From NCBI RefSeq assembly GCF_022045235.1, contig NW_027266319.1, positions 69,688,001 to 69,752,000 on the forward strand: 64,000 bases of DNA. The letters run 5' to 3'. The first letter of the stretch is position 1; each line of letters begins with the position of its first letter. This stretch comes from Haliotis cracherodii. Lineage: Eukaryota. This document shows, in pieces, positions 1-11,949 of the stretch. Position numbers and translations under genes: made by a program. The notes beneath the pieces are model-generated. The model was not told the DNA's origin. It did not search any database and saw nothing but the letters and a program-made list of their open reading frames with translations.

Positions 1-78
1 TCAACCAAGTCATCACAGTCGTCTTTTATGGCAAGCATGGGTTGCGGAAGACCTATTCCACCCCGGATCTTCACGGGT
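1..78 (-). mobile_element. SINE fragment (V-SINE/RUDI-like molluscan SINE), cut by the window edge
   Basis: The reverse complement reads ACCCGTGAAGATCCGGGGTGGAATAGGTCTTCCGCAACCCATGCTTGCCATAAAAGACGACT, which matches the copy at 34571 (GATCCGGGGTAGAATAGGTCTTCAGCAGCTCATGCTTGCTGTAAAAGGCGACT). The family name is from recall. Confidence 0.7.
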
Positions 79-352
79 AGTTAGTTCAATGTCGTCAAGG
101 CACTTATCTCTGTCATCATGGAACTCATGAATGTGTAGTGGATAGGTACATCTTCATCATTGATGAACTTATTGCTCTCTTGAAGCTCTGTATATCAGTG
201 TAATTCTCTCTCGACATATCATCACTCGAATACTAACTTGATCTCATGTCAATTGAACACTCTAAAACCGACACTGTATTTGTTTAGATGCAAATAATTA
301 TAAAGCTGGTCACACCCATCAATGTTAAATGTGGCACCGCCATTGATGTCTG

Positions 353-488
353 CCAGCACTGACACTACAGTGAGAAGACCCTTTTATCCATACAACTGTA
401 TTGAACGTTTGATAGGGATACACTCCCAGCTGACACGCAGTGAGAAGACCCTTTTATCCATACAACTGTAATGAACGTTTGATAAGGA
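353..488. repeat. Tandem duplication, two copies of ~65 bp
   Basis: CAGTGAGAAGACCCTTTTATCCATACAACTGTA(T/A)TGAACGTTTGATA occurs twice, ~70 bp apart. Confidence 0.9.
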
Positions 489-1429
489 TTCAAGTCCGAG
501 TTCAACTATCAATCATTTTGATATGAAAATCTTTATATATATTAGTCCATTAATAAGAGGAGAAATACCCGAATACTTCCTTTCCCATTCGAAATGAGCG
601 TATTGCCGTACGCCGGTCTGGCGCCGTCATCATGGAAAGGAAACATTGAACCTTCATGACCCATAATCAACCAAACAAGCCATATATGTGAGACCTTATT
701 CATTCTTTTGGCAATACATCTACCTATTTGACCCCGGATTTTGAATAGATGGTACGACATTCAATTGCGGATATCGTAAAGGTTTACGGCAGTTGAGCCT
801 TGCGCACAAAGACATGCCTTTTCTCTGCTAACGTTCAGCGATATATCAAAAGACGGGAAGTCAATCAGTCGGTCTTATATTTTTGGTCGTGAATAGCACT
901 TGAGAGATGAAAACATGCATTATAATTCACCCTCACGACCTTTTCCTGGTAGTTCAAATTTTATAGAAGCGATAACATTACTTAGAGTAATTTCAGTCTA
1001 TGTACACTCATTAATATCTACCCATATGCACTCTTAGTCATTATCAAGATGTGCTAGGGTTTCACGTCAGCTTTATTGTACGCCGTTAAGCGGTTGGTCA
1101 TAAAACGCAAACGTACGTACCAACTGAGTCTCGTTTACTTGGGTTTAGTCGTTATCTGATAGGACCAGAGTTGCTAAAAGAAAGGGAAATTACTCCGGGA
1201 CGTTTATCATTCATGTTATCAGCGTTTCGGGGTGAAAAAGGGTTCCGTTAGATGTTTTTACGATCGAACTACCGCCGTTAAGAATTTGAACAATTTCAAT
1301 TTGCTTCATCTTTGGGCTTATGGTTTATTTTGATAGAAAGCGTTAGATTTTATAATTCTTTTTGTACTACAGTTTCATAGGGTAATAACTTGAGATTCAT
1401 TTAGCAGAAATCTGTAGCGGTTAATGAAG

Positions 1430-1855
1430 ATTTGTAGATTGTGTCGGAAACTGTATATTATGCAGGTAACTGTTGATCGTGCAGGTAATTGTAGATTGTG
1501 CAGGTAACTGTATATTATGCAGGTAACTGTAGATTGTGCAGGTAACTGTAGACCGTGCAGGTTACTGTAGAATGTGCAGGTAACTGTAGAGTGTGCAGGT
1601 AACTGTAGACCGTGCATGTAACTGTAGAGTGTGAAGGTTACTGTAGAATGTGCAGGTAACTGTAGAGTGTGCGGGTAACTGTAGAGTGTGAAGGTTACTG
1701 TAGAATGTGCAGGTAACTGTAGAGTGTGCAGGTAACTGTAGATTGTGCAGGTTACTGTAGATTGTGCAGGTAACTGTAGATTGTGCAGGTAACTGTAGAG
1801 TGTGCAGGTAACTGTATATTGTGCAGGTAACTGTAGGTGGTGTAGGTAACTGTGA
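1430..1855. repeat. Intronic minisatellite, 19-bp unit GTAACTGTAGATTGTGCAG
   Basis: Read directly; the 19-aa periodicity of the overlapping ORFs equals three units. Confidence 0.95.
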
Positions 1856-2739
1856 TCCGCGTTGAGTGTGTGGTGCCGCCAGCTTGTCATGTAAGATTAA
1901 TCCAAGGACTTCATGATTGGCAGACTGGGCGCTACTGTGGTATGCCAGAAATGTTCCTACAATAAAGATCAAATGGTGAATGATATACGATACAGGGTGG
2001 GCATTTTCCGGAGAAAACAGGAAGGAATTCCGAAAATGATGGATCTTTCTTACGAAGACGTTATTTAATCACATTAAGTTTACTTTAGTATTTTTCAAGT
2101 CCTTTAACTTATACTGTTACACAACACTGTTAGTACGTGTGTTTAAACGGTTCAAATGCAAGTCTATCTGAAGGCGGAGCATTCTGAAAGTTTGCGTCTG
2201 GTCCTCGACCACTGCAGACTGTTGTGCAGATCTGCTGACTGTTGTGCAGTACTGATCATTGGGTGTGCATCTTTTTATAACACTTCATCACAGACTTGGC
2301 AAGGACGGTGTTAAGCGCAGATGGCTGGTGAACCCTGACGATCGCCCGATACACTGCGAATTCCATTTTAACAGTTTTTTTGCAACAGACTCCGAAAACA
2401 CATTTTTGTCTATTTCCGTTATGGCGATGCAGCCCTGAGCTCATTTCCAAAATTAGATTTCGGCTACAGTTTCTTTATACAAGAAAAACTATTACTCCCA
2501 ATCCAGTCAGATCATTCGCTTGCTTTGTTTCAAGTCAAGTGTGGAGAAAGACTATTAGTATATGTCGCGCCCTCTTCCAATATCCCTTCACACGGAATGT
2601 GATATTGCGTCGGTTACAGTTGAACATTTTAGGAGACAAATTTGATGTTAATGAATGATCATTTAATGACGTTTGTTGTTTTTATACGGCCCCTTTGTCA
2701 AACAAATGTGAAGTATTAATTATTTTCTTTCTTTTCTAG

Positions 2740-3201
2740 TCTGTGTACAACTACGCCAAGGTGGCGTGCAAGTGCCATGGCGTGTCCGGCTCCTGTAGCT
2801 TGAAGACCTGTTGGCAACAGCTGCCGTCTTTCAGAGAAGTGGGGGACCGTCTCAAAGATAGATACGATGGTGCAACAGAGGTCAAGTTCAACAAAAGGGG
2901 AACAAAATTAGTGCGCAAAAATAAACGGTATAACCGCCCCTCGAGGGAAGACGTGATATATTTGGACGAGTCGCCCGACTATTGTAAGTCGGATCCTGAA
3001 ACGGGATCCTTCGGAACCATTGGCCGGGAATGCAACAGAAACTCCGAAGGAATGGATGGTTGTAACCTTCTGTGTTGCGGACGCGGCTACAACACATTCA
3101 AACGAAAACTTGTTGAGCGTTGCCATTGTAAATTTTACTGGTGTTGTTATGTGCGCTGTAAAACATGTGAGCGGATAGTAGATGTCCACACGTGCAAATA
3201 A
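2740..3201 (+). CDS. Wnt5: Wnt5 terminal coding exon (C-terminal ~153 aa); upstream exons not identified in this window
   Basis: Polypyrimidine tract and acceptor TTTTCTTTCTTTTCTAG (AG at 2738-2739), then phase-0 TCT GTG TAC AAC. The translation [25 protein letters not shown]...SPDYC...[16 protein letters not shown]...[17 protein letters not shown] has the Wnt signature (CKCHGxSGSC, palmitoleoylated Ser) and Wnt5-type residues ([35 protein letters not shown]). Stop TAA at 3199-3201. The intron position matches vertebrate WNT5A as I recall it. Confidence 0.95.
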   Translation, partial: SVYNYAKVACKCHGVSGSCSLKTCWQQLPSFREVGDRLKDRYDGATEVKFNKRGTKLVRKNKRYNRPSREDVIYLDESPDYCKSDPETGSFGTIGRECNRNSEGMDGCNLLCCGRGYNTFKRKLVERCHCKFYWCCYVRCKTCERIVDVHTCK

Positions 3202-5400
3202 TGACGTCATCGGGACGTGAGGATGACGTCATTGACTCTACTGAATGATCTCCCCACAGAAAGTGCGTCCACCCATATTGCCCGGGTGACGGAGAAGAAA
3301 ACATGCGAGAGAATTTACCAATCAGAAAATGAGGATATTGTACATCTTCCAAAAGGACCACCATCTGAGCAAGGATTACATGTATGGATATAACGTTCTG
3401 TCGATGGGGACTTGCATTTCTCAGACGAGGCACAGCGTGTTTGTGTTACTTATGAGCCGCGGAGAACCCAAAGTTGCCATGGTAACAGAACTACTTTCTC
3501 TACGAGGAAGCTATATACGGTAACTTTGGCAGTGATGTGACAATCACGGTGATGTAAGGATTAAAGGGCAGGTGACAAGTGGCATTCACACAGCCAGGAG
3601 ACGCTCTTCACCATAATCCGCCGTTATATTGGAAACAACGACACTCAAAGTAGATGCCACACAACAACAGGTCACGATGGCGATGGTCGCTGTTGACAAC
3701 TAATTTATGTAACAGTTCCTCAACTAGTGCTGATTAATTTCGATTTGGTAGTTCTTCCACACTGCAAAGTGAAGTCACCGTAAATTTGAGCTGAATTTGT
3801 ACATAGAGACCTGCACATCCGGGTTCCTGGCATTTAGGAGCATTACTGCCACGCTGTAGAATATTATCAACTTATTTCAAACGTTACTAGGTGATTAATG
3901 CGAGAAGTGTTTGTTTGTATATAGTTAAGACAGTAATCAGTAAGTACGAGATATTTATTTACCTTGTAATATATTTGTAGAGCAAAATACAGTGAACAGT
4001 TTACGTCATGACAGAAGCACGTGCAGATACCTACCGGAGACCATGGACAGGGTTAATCCAGGCTTAATTCCGGTTACCCGGTTTAATCTGGCTTGTCTCT
4101 AGCCGTACGTTATAATTGCATTTAGTTTATGTTTCTCTCAGGTAGAAATCTCTTGTAATAGTGTTCACGGATCCATGAGACACATAGAGTGAAAAACTAA
4201 ACATTGCGACTGGTCTACATACATTTGCGCAAACCTTTCACGAGAACACAAACAGGTAGTGACGCGCTTTCTATGTCAATTGAGTGTACATATTACTAGC
4301 AAGGATTGTTGTCTCGATCCGTGAATTCAGCTGCCACTAGCAACGTCCAATGGTAACTGTGCGATCTGTCTTGTTATATGGTTCCGTAATTGTAAATAAT
4401 TTTGGTTATATTTATGACCCATTTATCATTTGAATGTATCGTCATGGCACCATATATTCATCCAACCTTAATATTGTACTTACCGTTAGTCGTATCGCGT
4501 GACAACGGACACACACTGAAGTTTCAGTATCAATTTGAAATATTTATTGGATAATTTTTTCTTGCTCTGGATATGATTCATATCTCTACCACATAACATG
4601 CATAGTTAGAATCAAACAAATGCATTTTTGCAAACATTTAATTTGTTCTGATTGTCGCCTGTGCGCCGGGATGACAAGTTAGTCGTCAGCGTTTCCCACT
4701 TTCTGTCCAGTTGGAACTCACGGAAGCAGTGTTATGCCTGATGTTTGTTCGGATATGATATTATCTATGTGTTCATCATCATCAGCATTACGTCCTGTCT
4801 TAGAATCATCTCTGTTTGTGTTGTTTATTACTGTTGCTATGGTGATCACATGGTCATGTAACGTATACTATGTACATGTAAGACGTGGTGTATAGATAAT
4901 TTGTACAATACTACCGAGGGATAGCACTTCCGAACGAGAACAGGTCACGTGACCCTAATCTCCCTCATTGGATTAGGATGATGTTTTCGTCACAGCTAAA
5001 CCGAATATTTGTTGTTGAAAAAGAGATCTATTTTCGCATTTTAGCATTTCTTTCTTATTGAGTCTTATTGAGGCTGTTAATATTTCTTTTAACGATATTC
5101 ACGTGTACACCCTGAAGGTAATGACCTGTGTAGAGTGTAATATGTATTCTGGGCATAAGACCAAGCATAATACTACATACAATAGATATATTTCTTGAAA
5201 TGTTATCATTTTTTTACTATATACCATGTTGATTTTTTAGCATAAATGTGATTGCTAATTTCGGTTATCATAATACTGTATTCAGTCATTTTATTTATTT
5301 TTAGACTACGAAACCTCAGCTGCACCCGGCAAGGTGTTGTCTGAATAAACCAGGGTATGTAAGTCATTCAGATGTAAATAAATTATTAGAACACAAGAGA
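3202..5400 (+). other. Putative Wnt5 3' UTR
   Basis: Unique, repeat-free AT-rich sequence with TATTTAT and TGTAHATA motifs, ending at two AATAAA signals followed by a GT-rich tract. Repeats resume immediately after. The end point is inferred. Confidence 0.6.
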
Positions 5401-5425
5401 GTCGTGATTTTGTTTCAGTGTGGCA
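5344..5425 (+). terminator. Candidate polyadenylation signals
   Basis: AATAAA at 5344-5349 and 5377-5382, with downstream GTGATTTTGTTTCAGTGTG. Confidence 0.5.
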
Positions 5426-5535
5426 TGATCTTCAGTGCATGTGTACGGGTGTCCATGCACGTTAAGAAACGCTTTACAGATACCCGTATGTTGGGTCATC
5501 TTTCTGTGGTGAAGGTCGACGTAACGAGGACAGCA

Positions 5536-6067
5536 CATCTTCCCGAGGCAAGGGAGTTAAGTGACTATAAAAGTCCAGTTTCCACCCTTGCCGAACTTGG
5601 CTGGAATTATGGAGTTATTTTGGCAGGACGAATGAGTCTATGCAAAGTCCAATCAAAATCGCGTAACGATATCGACATCCAAGTCATAAACTGCCGTGCA
5701 GGTTTCGGTCGATTTGCAGGATTTGCCAAATTCCGCCAACTGTGCGTCAACAGATATTTTCCAAATTTTTTCATGTTTTTAATTAAGGTGCCCTCGTGAT
5801 TTGATGCACTTCGCGAAGTTAGACCCGTTTTATCACAATATAGATTTAAATTATAGATCAGATTGTCTTGATTGGGCGCCGCGATTTTGTTTGAAGCAAG
5901 TGATACGAGAGGTGGAATTTGATTTGTCAACAGGAGGGACATGAAAGGGACATAACTCGTAATAGCGACTGGTGGCTATACGATCGAGCCTAGAAATTCC
6001 AGCTTAGTTCGGCAAGGGTGAAAACTGGACTTTTACTGTCAGTTAACTCCCTTGTCTCGGGAAGATG
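5536..6067. mobile_element. MITE / non-autonomous DNA transposon with ~75-bp terminal inverted repeats
   Basis: The left end CATCTTCCCGAGGCAAGGGAGTTAA...AAAAGTCCAGTTTCCACCCTTGCCGAACT...GCTGGAATT is the near-perfect reverse complement of the right end AATTCCAGC...AGTTCGGCAAGGGTGAAAACTGGACTTTTA...TTAACTCCCTTGTCTCGGGAAGATG. Possible 9-bp TSD AGGACAGCA/GGGACAACA (7/9 match). Confidence 0.88.
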
Positions 6068-6136
6068 GGGACAACAACACTGTAGAATGAACTGGATTCA
6101 ATCGTCAGATGTGTAAGTTGGAAAAACAGTTTATTG

Positions 6137-6385
6137 TGATTATTGTTTACACCGTCCGCGAGTTACTGTGTGAGTGAGTGATTATTGTTTACGCCATCCG
6201 TGAGTCACTGTGGGAAGGAGTGATTATTGTTGACATCTTACACGTGTCACTTAGTGAGCAAGTGAGTGAGTGATGATTGTTGACACCGTCCACGAGTCAC
6301 TGTGTGAGTCATTACTGTTTACACCGTCCAAGAGTTACTGTGAGTGAGTGATAGTTTTCAGCAGAGTCGACGATTCACAATTTAA
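6137..6385. repeat. Degenerate ~42-bp tandem repeat (TGATTATTGTTTACACCGTCCRCGAGTYACTGTGTGAGTGAG)
   Basis: About 5-6 degenerate copies are visible. Confidence 0.8.
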
Positions 6386-6479
6386 GTGAAAAAAAAAGAC
6401 TTCGTCCAGTCTTCATCATGTGTTCACAACCAAGACAGTCCGTAAGTGCTCCAGGTCTTCACGTGCAAGTAAATGGATG

Positions 6480-8700
6480 TATAAACAGACAATGTAAACC
6501 ATGACGTATATAGAGACCATGTAAACTATGATGTATAAAGAGACCATGTAAACCATCACGTATAAAGAGACAATGTAAACCATCACGTATAAAGAGACCA
6601 TGTAAACCATCACGTATAAAGAGACCATGTAAATCATCATGTATAAAGAGACCAGGTAAACTATCGCGTATAAAGAGACCATGTAAACCATGACATATAA
6701 AGAGGCCATGCAAACTATGACGTATAAAGAGACCATGTAAACCATCACGTATAAAGAGACCATGTAAATCATCATGTATAAAGAGACCATGTAAACCATG
6801 ACATATAAAGAGGCCATGCAAACTATGACGTATAAAGAGGCCATGTAAACTATGACATATAAAGAGACCATATCAACTATGACATATAAAGAGACCATGT
6901 AAACTATGACATATAAAGAGACCATGTAAACTATTATGTATAAAGAGACCGTGTAAACCATCACGTATAAAGAGACCATGTAAACTATGACGTATAAAGA
7001 GACCATGTAAACTATTATGTATAAAGAGACCATGTAAACTATGATGTGTAAAGAGACCATGTAAACCATCACGTATATAGAGACCATGTGAACTATGATA
7101 TATAAAGAGACCATGTAAACTATGACGTATAAAGAGACCATGTAAACTATTATGTATAAAGAGACCCTGTAAACCATCACGTATAAAGAGACCATGTAAA
7201 CTATGACGAATAAAGAGACCATGTAAACTATTATGTATAAAGAGACCATGTAAACCATCACGTATAAAGAGACCATGTAAACTATGACGTATAAAGAGAC
7301 CATGTAAACTATGACATATAAAGAGACCATGTAAACTATGACGTATAAAGAGACCATGTAAACTATTATGTATAAAGAGACCCTGTAAACCGTCACGTAT
7401 AAAGAGACCATGTAAACTATGACGTATAAAGAGACCATGTAAATCATCACATATAGAGAGACCATGTAAACCATCACGTACATAGAGACCATGTGAACCA
7501 TGACATATAAAGAGACCATATAAACTATGAAGTATATATAGACCATGTAAACTATGATGTATAAAGGGACCATGTAAACCATGACGTATAAAGAGACCAT
7601 GTAAACTATGACGTGTAAAGAGACCCTGTAAACTATGACATATAAAGAGACCATGTGAATTATTATGTATAAAGAGACCATATAAATTATGATGTATAAA
7701 GAGACCATGTAAACCATCACGTATAAAGAGACCATGTAAACTATGATGTATAAAGAGACCATGTAAACTATCACGTATATAGAGACCATGTAAACTATGA
7801 TGTATTAAGAGACCATGTAAACTATGACGTATAAAGAGACCAGGTAAAATATGATGTATAAAGAGACCAGGTAAACCATCACGTATAAAGAGACCATGTA
7901 AACTATGACGTATAAAGAGACCATGTAAACCATCACGTATATAGAGACCATGTAAACCACCACGTATAGAGAGACCATGTAAACCATCACGTTCATAGAG
8001 ACCATGTAAACCATGACATATAAAGAGACCATGTAAACTATGAAGTATATAGAGACCATGTAAACTATGATGTATAAAGAGACCATGTAAACCATCACGT
8101 ATAAAGAGACCAGGTAAACTATGACGTATAAAGAGACCCTGGAAACTATGACGTATAAAGAGACCATGTGAACTATTATGTATAAAGAGACCATGTAAAC
8201 CATCACGTATAAAGAGACCATGTAAATTATGTCGTATAAAGAGACAATGTAAACTATGACATATAAAGAGACCATGTAAACTATGACGTATAAAGAGACC
8301 ATGTAAACTATGACGTATAAAGAGACCCTGTAAACCATCACGTATAAAGAGACCATGTAAACTATGACGTATAAAGAGACCCTGTAAACCATCACGTATA
8401 AAGAGACCCTGTAGACCATCACGTACATAGAGACCATGTAAACTATTCACGTAATAAGAGACCATGTAAACCATCGCGTATAAAGAGACCATGTAAACTA
8501 TGATGTATAAAGAGACCATGTAAACTATCGCGTATAAAGAGACCATGTAAACTATGACGTATAAAAAGACCATGTAAACTATCGCGTATAAAGAGACCAT
8601 GTAAACTATGACATATAAAGATACCATATAAACTATGATGTGTGAAGAGACCACGTGAAACCATCACCTATTAAGAGACCATGTAAACCATCACGTATAT
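6480..8700. repeat. Minisatellite, 27-bp unit AAAGAGACCATGTAAACTATGACGTAT
   Basis: About 80 copies; 9-aa periodicity (MVSLYVIVY) in the ORF track. Confidence 0.97.
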
Positions 8701-10720
8701 AGAGACAATATTAACTATGAGTATAACGAAACCATGTAAACTATGACGTATATAGAGACAATGTCAATATGATGTATTTAGAGACAATGTTAACAATCAC
8801 GTGTAGAGAGACAATAATAACTATCATGTATATAGATAGTCAATGTTAACTGTCACGTAGATAGAGAGACAACGTTAACTATCACGTGTATAGATAGACA
8901 ATGTCAACTATCACGTAGAAATAGACAATGTTAACCATCACGTATAGATAGACAGTGTTAACTATCACGTATAGATAGACAGTGTTAACTATCACGTATA
9001 GATAGACAGTGTTAACTATCACGTATAGATAGACAGTGTTAACAATCATGAATAGATAGACAGTGTTAACTATCACGTATAGATAGACAGTATTAACTAT
9101 CACGTATAGATAGACAGTGTTAACTATCACGTATAGATAGACAGTGTTAACTATCACGTATAGATAGACAGTGTTAACTATCACGTATAGATAGACAGTG
9201 TTAACTATCACGTATAGATAGACAGTGTTAACTATCACGTGTAGAGAGCCAATGTTAACTATCATGAATAGAGAGACAAATTGAACAATCATGTAAACAG
9301 GGAGACAATGTTAACAATCACATGTAGAGAAACATTGTTAACTATCACGCGTAGATAGAGGCAATGTTATCTTTCACGCGTAGAAAGACAATGTTAATTA
9401 ACGCAGATATAAAGACAATGTTAACTATGATGTGAAGAGAGACAATGTTAACTATCACGTATAGAGAGACAATGTTAACTATGACGTATAGAGAGACGAT
9501 GCTAACTACCACGTGTTGAGAGAGACAATGTTAACTATCATGTGAAGAGAGACAATGTTAACTATCACGTATATAGAGAGACAAAGTTAACTATCATGTG
9601 AAGAGAGACAATGTTAACTATCACGTATAGAGAGACAATGTTAACTATCACATGTAGAGAAACAATGTTAACTATCACGTATAAAGAGGGGCAATGTTAT
9701 CTATCACGCGTAAAGAGACAATGTTAATTAACACAGATATAAAGACAATGTTAACTATGATGTGAAGAGAGACAATGTTAACTATCACGTATAGAGAGAC
9801 AATGCTAACTACCACGTGTTGAGAGAGACAATGTTAACTATCACGTATAGAGAGTCAAATTTAACAATCACGTAAATAGGGAGAAAATGTTAACTATCAC
9901 ATTTAGAGAAACAATGTCAACTACCACGTGTTGAGAGAGACAATGTTAACTATCATGTATAGAGATAAGCAATGTTAACTATCACGTATAGAGAGACAAT
10001 GCTAACTACCACGTGTTGAGAGAGACAATGTTAACTATCATGTATAGAGAGAAGCAATGTTAACTATCACGTATAGAGAGACAATGCTAACTACCACGTG
10101 ATGAGAGAGACAATGTTAACTATCACATATATTGAGACAACGTTACCTGTCACGTATATAGAGGCAAAGTTAACTATCACGGATAGAGAGACAATGTTAT
10201 CTATCACGTATATAGAGAGACAAAGTTAACTATCACGTGTAGAGAGAGCCAATGTTAACTATCACGTATAGAGAGTCAAATTTAACAATCACGTAAATAG
10301 GGAGAAAATGTTAACTATCACATTTAGAGACACAATGTTAACTATCACGTATATAAATTGACAATGTTAACTATCACAAATATAGAGAGACACTGGTAAC
10401 TGTCCCTTACATAGAGAGACAATGTTAACTATCACGTGTAGAGAGACAATTTTACCTATCACATGTGGAGAGACAATGTTAACTGTCGCGTATATTGAGA
10501 CAATATTAAGTATCACGAATATGGATAGACAATTTTAACTGTTACGTATATAGAGACAATGTTAACTGTAACGTATATATAGAGACAATGTTATCTATCA
10601 CGAATATAGATAGACAATTTTAACTGTTACGTAGTTACGTATAGATAGACAATGTTAACTGTCACTAATCTACAGCCAATGTTAACTATCACATGTAGAG
10701 AGACAATGTTAACTATCACA
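8701..10720. repeat. Minisatellite, related 27-29-bp unit AGAGACAATGTTAACTATCACGTATAG
   Basis: Continuous with the previous array; homogeneous sub-block at 8930-9240. Confidence 0.95.
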
Positions 10721-11185
10721 GTTTCAACAGTAGTGTCAACAACAGTGTCAACAACAGTGTCAATAGTAGTGTGAACATGACTATTAACTGTACTATACAG
10801 ATGTTGACAGTATTGACAACAGTAGTGTGAACATTAGCTTCATCAACAGTGTTAATTGTAGGGCCATCAACAGTGTCAACTGTAGCTTCATCAACAGTGT
10901 CAATAGCAGTGTCATCAACAGTGTCAACTGTAGCTTCATCAACAGTGTTAACTGTAGTGCCATCAACAGTGTCAACTGTAGCTTCATCAACAGTGTCAAC
11001 TGTAGTGTCAACAACAGTGTCAATAGCAGTGTCAACATGACTATTAACTGTACTATACAGATGTTGACAGTATTGACAGCAGTAGTGTGAACATTAGCTT
11101 CATCAACAGTGTCAACAGTAGTGTCATCAACAGTGTCAACTATAGTGTGATCAACAGTGTCAACAGTAGTGTCAACAACAGTGTG
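10721..11185. repeat. Minisatellite, 12/24-bp unit (GTCAACAGTAGT / TCAACAGTGTCAACTGTAG)
   Basis: Read directly; includes a duplicated ~75-bp insert at ~10775 and ~11036. Confidence 0.9.
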
Positions 11186-11949
11186 AAGAGCTAAAAATGT
11201 TTCCCGTGCAGAGTTACGGCGCTTGGCCGCGCAAGGATCAGCTGATCTAACCCAAGATAATCCCAAGGTAATATGCTTACTCTGTGAGCTCCACAGTACT
11301 CAGTGCCAACATATACGCCCTGATGTGACCAGCAACTGTTCGACTCCCCCTTCTCCCCGTGTTACTTGTTCCCACATTCTTGTTTTATATACAAATCACA
11401 TTGTACACACACCGACATGGGAGCTGCTGTAGGAACAGAAACAACCTCTGTTCCCCCCAGTACCTGGACCTAGATGTATTTCAGGTAAGTTTCCCAACCA
11501 TCGGCGAGCTACGCCACGTCCCTTTGTCGGACGTTCACAAAGACCGCACCGCCAGCCGGTATTCAGCGCGCTTTATTAGCCAGAAAGAGAATTTTTGTGA
11601 CTAAATGATGTACCCGAAATTGGTTTTAAAAGGCTTCACAGCTATTAGGCTTTGTATAGTACCACTGGGTACAGGTCTTAGCGATGTTACAAATAGGGAA
11701 ATGGGGTCAGCACTAAAAACTCGAGGAAAGCGATGGCTTCAGTGTTACGCAAGGGCGGTGAAGGAGAGACGAGTGGGAGACGATGTATTGGTCGGCGTGG
11801 CTTATGTGTGGGACTGAGGAGATTAAAGATGAGGAAGACGAAGGTAGTATTGGGGTTCATATGGTAGTGATTGAGGCTGATGTATTACTGGTGACGGTTG
11901 ATATTGTAGTCGGGATGGTTAACAAAGCTGTGGTGGGCTGATTTAGCAG

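Noticed and set aside
2743-3201. ORF-track start at GTG 2743
   Set aside because: Not a real start: the sequence is a spliced exon beginning at 2740, and the Wnt signal peptide and N-terminal half are absent.
11200-11500. Possible small exons (donor-like AAGGTAAT ~11264 and CAGGTAAGT ~11482)
   Set aside because: No recognisable protein similarity and no convincing partner exons.
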